10,841 bases of DNA from Polyangiaceae bacterium (GTDB taxonomy: Bacteria; Myxococcota_A; Polyangia; HGW-17; JALWFW01), in contig JALWFW010000177.1 in the NCBI GenBank assembly GCA_027013865.1, forward strand, positions 406-11,246, in the 5' to 3' direction. A program made the position numbers and the translations under genes. The notes beneath the pieces are model-generated. The model did no database searches and was not told the origin of the DNA. It worked only from the letters and a program-made list of their open reading frames with translations. The first letter of the stretch is position 1, and every line of letters begins with the position of its first letter. This document shows, in pieces, positions 5,634 through 10,841 of this stretch.

Positions 5634-7886
5634 TTATTTGGCAAGTTTGAGTATGTGGAATTCAACCCGTCTGTTTTTGGCGCGGGCACGCTCCGAGATG
5701 TTGGGATAAATGGGTCTGGAACGACCGTATCCCTTGGTCCTGAGACGTGATGACTCGACACCCTTGGATATGAGGTAGGCACGCACTGCATCCGCACGCT
5801 TCTGGGACAGACGTCTGTTGTACTCATCGCTGCCCTTGTTGTCGGTGTGACCGTCTATGCGCACCAGTTTGATCTCTGGATGCTCTATGAGGAATGCCGC
5901 GATCTCGTCGAGCAGGAGTTTAGACCTTTCGGTCAGTCGTGCCGTATTGCGTTTGAAGTAGATCTTGCGTCTGAGAAGAATACGCGTTTTGCGGCGGTTG
6001 AGTTTGATGTGAGACTTGCGCGGCTTGCGCTTGAGGGATACCGTGACCTTTGGAGCCGGACAGGATTTGATGTCTAATTCCTTTGATACTGTAAGATATT
6101 TCCGTGATTTGATGACCACACGGTAGGTACCTGTGGGAACGGTGACGTTCTTACCGCTGGCAGGAATGGTCTCTTCCATGGAGATGTCTTTGCCTGCACT
6201 GTCCTTGCCTCTGATTGTGATAGAGGCTTTGATCTTCCGGTTTTTCTTGGCATCACGGATTTCGAAGGCCACGTCGCAGCCCTGGGCAGCCTTGTGTTTG
6301 AGTACAAGTGATACAGAGGCCTTTTTGCCGGGTTCGACCCTGACTTCCGTAGTGGCCTGCTCGAATCCCTTCTTGTATGCGATCACCTTGTATGAACCGG
6401 CCTTCAGGCTGCATGTCGAGAAACTGCCGCTCTCGTCGGCCAGTACGTCACTCATGCCAACTCCCGGAAGTGAGACTGCAGCACCAGGAACCGGATTACC
6501 CTTATCGTCCTTGATGAGACCAACGATGGCCCCAGTGACCGGGGCAGCCGCCTTTGCAGGCTCCTTGACCACTTTGATGATCTCTTTGGGTTTGCACACA
6601 GGGCAATTGCATGCAGGACACTGGGCGGAAGACGAGGTTTGAGAAGAAGGCACGAAAGTGATGGAGGCCAGGACATTGTATGGAGGAAGTGATGGAGCGA
6701 CCTTGTACCCTGGCTGCGAAATATTGATGTCTGCTCCTAGTCCTATGCTCACTTCCGGCGTGACCATGGCATTCAGGCCCAGGGTGAGTACCTGGCTTGT
6801 ATTGCCGTTTTTGGCAGCTTCGGTATCTACTGACAGATACTGCTCGATGTTACTGAGATTGGAATCGTCATCCACGAAGTAAATGAGGGAATACTCCATG
6901 AATGGGGTGAGATATACGGGACTTCCGGCCACCATGAACCTGTGGGTGTAGTCTGCGGCCAGCCGTAGCAGCGCTCTCGAAGGCATGACGCCCATGGCGT
7001 AACGGTGGACTATATATGTATAGAAGAGTTCTGGAAGGACGTCGGACTCTGCGTTGGCCCAGTCAGGAGAATCAAGCAGAGAATAGGAATTGTCCTGGAT
7101 ATAACCGGCATTGAGATGAAGTCCCACAGGGATACCCGCAGACTGTTTCAGACTGTAGGAGGCCAGGAGCATGGCAGCTATGGACGTCGCTCCAATGTCG
7201 GGAGCTATGTCGCCGACACCTGAATAAAGTCTGACGAAGCCCTCGAAACCTATATCAAGGCCAGGTGCCGCGTCTATGGGCATCGCCCACTTGCCGCCAA
7301 GCATGAAATCACCCATGGAACGTTGAACCTCTGGCTCGTAGGTGTCTGCTTCCCGGGTACGCTCATTGCGGTTGCTGGATGACAGGAGTGCCAGTTGCAG
7401 TTCGATGGAAGGGTATACCCGAAATGCCATGTGAAGGCCACCTGCCAGTCTGGTATTGGTCTCGTCATGGCCTGCAATGAGGAAATCCGACTGACGGAAC
7501 CATTCGAGGTGTAGTCCCATGGCGACACGATGGTTCAGGTCGGTAAGTACCGTGTGCATCAGTCCTGTTCCAAGGCCTGATGTCAGAGGAATCATGTGAG
7601 CGTGTTCGGTGTTGGGACGTGTACCGGATGCAGGTGGTAGGTCGGCAGTGGCCGGTTCTGCGGAGGGGGTTCTTTCGGGCTGAGTCTCGGGTTTGGGGCT
7701 GGTGACCTGAGGAGATGTCGTCACGGTAGCCTGAGGCTGAGTCTCGGGGGCTGTCCCGTTGCCCGGATCCGATGCCTGAGAAGTTGCCTTGTTCTGCTGT
7801 GCCTGTGTAGGCAGCGCCATGGCCAGTGCGATAACCATGGTTGCCATCGCCACTACAGAATTTCTGACCCGCGTCCTTACGTACAT
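5634..7886 (-). CDS. OmpA-family outer-membrane protein (750 aa): signal peptide, Pro/Thr-rich linker, ~330-aa beta-barrel-like region ending ...ASITF, CPACNCPVC cluster, two CarboxypepD_reg-like Ig-fold domains, C-terminal OmpA/MotB peptidoglycan-binding domain
   Basis: ATG at 7884-7886 with GGGAGG 6 nt upstream (preferred over the TTG at 7913). Signal-peptide-like YVRTRVRNSVVAMATMVIALAMALPTQAQQ. OmpA_C motifs are conserved (IDGHTDNKGSDEYNRRLSQKRADAVRAYL...NRRVEF). Two ~80-aa GxY...G.Y.V prealbumin-like repeats. Confidence 0.85.
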   Translation of the reverse strand: MYVRTRVRNSVVAMATMVIALAMALPTQAQQNKATSQASDPGNGTAPETQPQATVTTSPQVTSPKPETQPERTPSAEPATADLPPASGTRPNTEHAHMIPLTSGLGTGLMHTVLTDLNHRVAMGLHLEWFRQSDFLIAGHDETNTRLAGGLHMAFRVYPSIELQLALLSSSNRNERTREADTYEPEVQRSMGDFMLGGKWAMPIDAAPGLDIGFEGFVRLYSGVGDIAPDIGATSIAAMLLASYSLKQSAGIPVGLHLNAGYIQDNSYSLLDSPDWANAESDVLPELFYTYIVHRYAMGVMPSRALLRLAADYTHRFMVAGSPVYLTPFMEYSLIYFVDDDSNLSNIEQYLSVDTEAAKNGNTSQVLTLGLNAMVTPEVSIGLGADINISQPGYKVAPSLPPYNVLASITFVPSSQTSSSAQCPACNCPVCKPKEIIKVVKEPAKAAAPVTGAIVGLIKDDKGNPVPGAAVSLPGVGMSDVLADESGSFSTCSLKAGSYKVIAYKKGFEQATTEVRVEPGKKASVSLVLKHKAAQGCDVAFEIRDAKKNRKIKASITIRGKDSAGKDISMEETIPASGKNVTVPTGTYRVVIKSRKYLTVSKELDIKSCPAPKVTVSLKRKPRKSHIKLNRRKTRILLRRKIYFKRNTARLTERSKLLLDEIAAFLIEHPEIKLVRIDGHTDNKGSDEYNRRLSQKRADAVRAYLISKGVESSRLRTKGYGRSRPIYPNISERARAKNRRVEFHILKLAK

Positions 7887-7911
7887 ATCCGCCTCCCTTA
7901 CTGATGGTGAC

Positions 7912-7940
7912 AATATATAAGAAACCTCGTGCGGTTTCCA
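7912..7940 (-). promoter_or_regulatory. Candidate sigma-70-type promoter of the six-gene envelope operon: -35 TGGAAA (7935-7940), 17-nt spacer, -10 TATATT (7912-7917)
   Basis: Read on the minus strand as TGGAAAccgcacgaggtttcttaTATATT. Lies 26 nt upstream of the ATG (7884-7886) and immediately upstream of the GGGAGG RBS. A T6 run (7945-7950) follows the rluA stop. Confidence 0.3.
7921..7938. promoter_or_regulatory. Perfect palindrome GAAACC-N6-GGTTTC overlapping the -35 element and spacer of the operon promoter; candidate repressor operator
   Basis: 6-bp perfect inverted arms read directly. The position over -35 and the spacer is typical for a repressor site. The half-sites have a GAAC/GTTC flavour, but the spacing is N8 between GAAAC cores. 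Confidence 0.35.
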
Positions 7941-7968
7941 CCTGAAAAAATAGTGAGCCTTGTCGGCC

Positions 7969-8895
7969 TTACGTCAGATACTCTGCTGAAACGAAGGGAA
8001 CGAAGGATTCGGGAATGAGGGGATCGGTCACTTCCATGCGGCTGCGTTTCTGGCGTACCGGTTCTGGGGTATCGAAGCGTATGGTTCGAGCCCACAACAG
8101 GAAGTGGTCGTCTCCGTTGTCCAGTGGCTCTCCTCCATAAAGTAAGTCGCCCATGATGGGATGGCCTTCATGGGCCAACTGTACCCTCACCTGGTGGCGT
8201 CTGCCGAAGCGCGTGACCACCCTGACCACTGACCATTCCTGTGTATGACGCAGGGGAATGACCAGAGACACTGCCCGCTTACCTCGACCATGGGGACCGC
8301 TCTCGTAAGAAACCCGATCCCTGCCCGTGGTCATGATGTGTCCTTCGGCCCAGAAACGTTCTGTCAGGCTTCCGCGCACTACGGCAATGTATTCCTTCTC
8401 CACCTGGTGGTTGGCGAAACTTTGACGCAGGCGGTGTGCAGCTTCCTTGTCCAGGCCCACTAGGAGCAGACCACAGGTCCCGTTGTCTAGGCGGTTTAGT
8501 ATTCCTGCTTCCCGGGGCGGGTCGGCCTGAATGTCAGGGAATAGGGCCAGCACTCCACCGGCTGCCGTGGGACAGTCTTCCGGAAGTATGGGCATGGTGG
8601 GCAGGCCATGGGGTTTTCTCATTACGGCCCACCTCTCCGCACGTTGCAGGAGTTCGACAGTGTCAGGGCAGGGTTTGGGAAACCATTCGTCATCGCGAGG
8701 TGGAATCGACAGCGTGAGCTCTACGACACTTCCCTGGGACATACGGTCACCGAACGACAGGGTACGGCTGCCCAGACGTACACCTCCTGCTGAAAGGAAA
8801 GACTTCCACTGTCTTCTCGTGCGTCCCGGATACAGCGTGTCCAGGATTTTCTCAATTCTCCATCCGTGCCACTGGGAATCTATTGATAGCTTCAT
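7969..8895 (-). CDS. RluA-family 23S rRNA pseudouridine synthase (RluD/RluC-like) with an N-terminal S4-like domain
   Basis: Catalytic-Asp motif NRLDNGTCGLLLVG (HRLDxxTSG-like), KEYIAVVRG, and VRVQLAHEGHPIMGDLLYGG at the C-terminus. 308 aa. Confidence 0.85.
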   Translation of the reverse strand: MKLSIDSQWHGWRIEKILDTLYPGRTRRQWKSFLSAGGVRLGSRTLSFGDRMSQGSVVELTLSIPPRDDEWFPKPCPDTVELLQRAERWAVMRKPHGLPTMPILPEDCPTAAGGVLALFPDIQADPPREAGILNRLDNGTCGLLLVGLDKEAAHRLRQSFANHQVEKEYIAVVRGSLTERFWAEGHIMTTGRDRVSYESGPHGRGKRAVSLVIPLRHTQEWSVVRVVTRFGRRHQVRVQLAHEGHPIMGDLLYGGEPLDNGDDHFLLWARTIRFDTPEPVRQKRSRMEVTDPLIPESFVPFVSAEYLT

Positions 8896-8942
8896 GAAAA
8901 GTGCTTTGATTTCAAGTAGTTATAGAGATAGCTCTGGTGGGT

Positions 8943-9530
8943 TCAGTCATAGAACGGTTCGGGTGGCGGTGGTGCTGGCTGAGCACTTCCATCATCCTGT
9001 TCGCTGCCGTCATCCTGCTGGATGGGCTGCGGAACTATGGGCGGAGCTGCCGGAGCCGGTGGACGTACACCGAAACCGGTGTCGGATTCAGGAGACTTGT
9101 CCTGGATGGCATTTCGATGGTGTGCGGTTCCGTGAGCTACTTTGCGTCTGAGTCGCCTTCTGTGTGGTTTCCTCGAAGCTGGCCTCCTGACTGAACAGCG
9201 GAAGGCCATGCCGGAAACGAAAATCTCGAGGAACTGACCTTCTCGTTTGGCCCCGTACGTGTTTACGACCACGACGTTGGCACCCAAATTGAAGGCTTTG
9301 TTCCGGGCATCGGTAAGCGCTGCCTCCCAGATTGCCTCCTTGGAAGAGGTCCCCCGCGCAACTCCCTTTATTTGATCAGTGGCTGTACACCCGCTGCCAG
9401 GGGATGTCTTCATGAGAACACGGATATTCTCACTTCCTGGCACGGGTCTTGGCATGTGGGCCTCCGGCATCCCCGTGCATGCTGAAAGACCCAGAAATAC
9501 GATGACTGCTGTGATGCTGTAAGGCTTCAT
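8943..9530 (-). CDS. Lipoprotein (lipobox LSAC) with a YbjQ/UPF0145-like domain and a polybasic, Pro-rich C-terminal tail
   Basis: RBS AAGGAG 7 nt upstream. N-terminus MKPYSITAVIVFLGLSAC. The segment ...ARNKAFNLGANVVVVNTYGAKREGQFLEIFVSGMAF resembles the YbjQ LGADAVVGI...MVSVSGTAV core. The tail is RRPASRKPHRRRLRRK followed by PPAPAAPPIVPQP...PPPPEPFYD. Confidence 0.7.
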   Translation of the reverse strand: MKPYSITAVIVFLGLSACTGMPEAHMPRPVPGSENIRVLMKTSPGSGCTATDQIKGVARGTSSKEAIWEAALTDARNKAFNLGANVVVVNTYGAKREGQFLEIFVSGMAFRCSVRRPASRKPHRRRLRRKVAHGTAHHRNAIQDKSPESDTGFGVRPPAPAAPPIVPQPIQQDDGSEQDDGSAQPAPPPPEPFYD

Positions 9531-9583
9531 GGTCGGCTCCTTGTGCAGGGATAACGATACGTCATAAATCCAAGAATTCTACC

Positions 9584-10060
9584 TCACAGACGCATGTCTC
9601 TTATTATTGCCGCCACGGTGCCCACGGCCTCGCCGGAGTCAAAGGAAAAACGCCTGCCGCTGCGGTACATGCGGTAGCCTGAATCGAGCTCTTTGGCCAC
9701 CACTATGAGATCTCCCGGTTTGAAAGGGCCTAGAGCTTCATCCATCTCCACTGCGAAAAATTCGCCTTCTCCTGTGTAGGATGCATCTACTGTTATGTAC
9801 CTTACGAGATGGCCGCTACGGGTATAAAGTGGGATGGACAGTGCCTGGGTCACAGGCACCAGGGAACGGGCGATTCCCTTTTCTCTCTTGAGATATCCTT
9901 TCTCCACCAGTTGGTTCACATGAAAGCTCACGGCGTTGGTGGACTTGAAGTTGAGCTCTTGGCAGATTTCCCTGTATGACGGCGCGTATCCGTGGCTTTT
10001 GAAGTATTTTTCGATGAATCGTAGTACTTCGTTCTGACGTGGAGTAAGCCCGTCTGCCAT
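9584..10060 (-). CDS. LexA-like transcriptional repressor (158 aa): LexA-type winged-helix DNA-binding domain plus a short, divergent C-terminal domain
   Basis: ATG at 10058-10060 with AAGGAGG 7 nt upstream. N-terminus MADGLTPRQNEVLRFIEKYFKSHGYAPSYREICQELNFKSTNAVSFHVNQLVEKGYLKREKGIARSL matches the LexA_DNA_bind pattern. The C-terminal 88 aa contain GDLIVVAK (LexA GDLLAVHK-like) but no GxSM Ser and no Ala-Gly cleavage site by eye. The 391-aa ORF in the track is an out-of-frame extension over the peptidase gene. Confidence 0.7.
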   Translation of the reverse strand: MADGLTPRQNEVLRFIEKYFKSHGYAPSYREICQELNFKSTNAVSFHVNQLVEKGYLKREKGIARSLVPVTQALSIPLYTRSGHLVRYITVDASYTGEGEFFAVEMDEALGPFKPGDLIVVAKELDSGYRMYRSGRRFSFDSGEAVGTVAAIIRDMRL

Positions 10061-10841
10061 TATTTGCCCTCCTTGCTCCACGCTTTGCCCCGCACCATGT
10101 CGGTTATGTCCCATGGTGACGGGCCACCGCCCAGATAGCGGTGGAACCAGTCGAGATGAGCTGCGTAATAAAGAGGCATGGATTTGACGAAGTTGGGCCA
10201 GTGACCGTCGTTGGGGAAGATGATGATTCTTGCGGGAATGCCACGTCTGCGCAGTGCCGTAAACAGCTGCATGCTCTGGGTGTATGACACGCGGTAGTCC
10301 TTCTCTCCGGTGATGATGAGGGTTGGGGTCTTCATGTTCTTGACATAGGTGGACGGAGACCACTTCCTGTAGCCTTCGGGGTTGTCCCATGGCGTGCCGC
10401 CCACGTCCCACTCGGGGAACCACAGCTCCTCGGTTACGCCGTACTTGGATGGCAGGTCGAACACGCCCATCATGGAGGCGATGGCCTTGAACCTGTCGGT
10501 GTGGCCCAAAAGCCAGTTCATCATGTAGCCTCCGTATGACCAGCCCATGGCTCCCATGCGGTTGGGATCCACGTAGGGCAGAGAGGCCAGATAGTCGGTG
10601 ACCTTCATCACGTCCTCGTAGACCTTGCCTCCCCAGTCTTTGGAGATGGCGGCTGTGTACTGCTGTCCGTATCCAGTGGAACCGTGGGGATTTGGGAACG
10701 CCACCACGTATCCTGCGCCCGGATATACCTGCCAGTCTCCTCTGAAGGAATCGGACCACTGTCCCTGGGGACCTCCGTGAACGTTGAGGATGAGCGGATA
10801 TTTCCTGCCAGGCGTAAATCCGTGGGGCTTTACTATGAATA
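10060..10841 (-). CDS. S9-family serine peptidase (prolyl oligopeptidase / acylaminoacyl-peptidase type), C-terminal catalytic domain; the 5' end lies beyond the window
   Basis: The reading frame is open to the window edge (…KPHGFTPGRKYPLILNVHGGPQGQWSDSF…). Nucleophile elbow GWSYGGY, Asp in ITGEKDYRV and His in PNDGHWP form the catalytic triad. The TAA stop at 10060-10062 overlaps the LexA-like ATG (TAATG). Confidence 0.9.
   Translation of the reverse strand, partial: FIVKPHGFTPGRKYPLILNVHGGPQGQWSDSFRGDWQVYPGAGYVVAFPNPHGSTGYGQQYTAAISKDWGGKVYEDVMKVTDYLASLPYVDPNRMGAMGWSYGGYMMNWLLGHTDRFKAIASMMGVFDLPSKYGVTEELWFPEWDVGGTPWDNPEGYRKWSPSTYVKNMKTPTLIITGEKDYRVSYTQSMQLFTALRRRGIPARIIIFPNDGHWPNFVKSMPLYYAAHLDWFHRYLGGGPSPWDITDMVRGKAWSKEGK

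Noticed and set aside
7945-7968. Rho-independent terminator after rluA (GCCgacaaGGC + T6)
   Set aside because: The stem is only 3 bp. The T-run is real but the hairpin is too weak to call. rluA may read through into the operon promoter region.
7274-8095. Minus-strand ORFs 7274..7528, 7465..7941 and 7898..8095 overlapping the OmpA-family and rluA genes or spanning their intergenic region
   Set aside because: Alternative frames of genes with clear domain homology. Arg/His-rich nonsense translations.
9584-10759. 391-aa minus-strand ORF in the six-frame track
   Set aside because: Only the last 158 codons (from MADGL..., ATG at 10058-10060 with an AAGGAGG SD) are a real gene. The upstream 233 codons are Arg-rich out-of-frame read-through overlapping the well-supported S9 peptidase frame.

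Overview
The window looks like a diderm bacterium with moderate GC and strong Shine-Dalgarno sites; I could not place the taxon. Eleven of thirteen genes lie on the minus strand.

Plus strand:
- The 3' end of an ABC-transporter ATPase (Walker A, a degenerate LSRGQ signature, Walker B and H-loop are all visible).
- A 203-nt AT-rich leader carrying a near-consensus sigma-54 (-24/-12) element and an upstream palindrome.
- A gene for a Cys-cluster beta-barrel outer-membrane protein ending in Phe.

Minus strand:
- A partial S9-family serine peptidase whose stop overlaps (TAATG) the start of a short LexA-like winged-helix repressor with no recognisable Ser-Lys dyad.
- A lipoprotein with a YbjQ-like domain, then an RluA-family pseudouridine synthase.
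- A candidate promoter containing a perfect GAAACC-N6-GGTTTC palindrome.
- A tightly spaced, apparently translationally coupled six-gene operon, in this order:
  - a large OmpA-family protein (beta-barrel-like region, CxxCxCxxC cluster, two CarboxypepD_reg-like domains, OmpA_C);
  - a 4-TM mini-protein;
  - a 160-aa coiled-coil protein;
  - an SPFH/Band-7 protein with a Gly/Met/Pro linker and three C-terminal zinc ribbons;
  - a chimeric protein with a non-canonical PilZ-like domain, an extremely acidic segment of ten near-perfect 18-bp (PAEQTE) tandem repeats and a polybasic tail;
  - an LD-carboxypeptidase.

This operon looks like an uncharacterised envelope-spanning module and is the main candidate for novelty. 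Its parts resemble the Bacillus pspA-ydjGHI genes.
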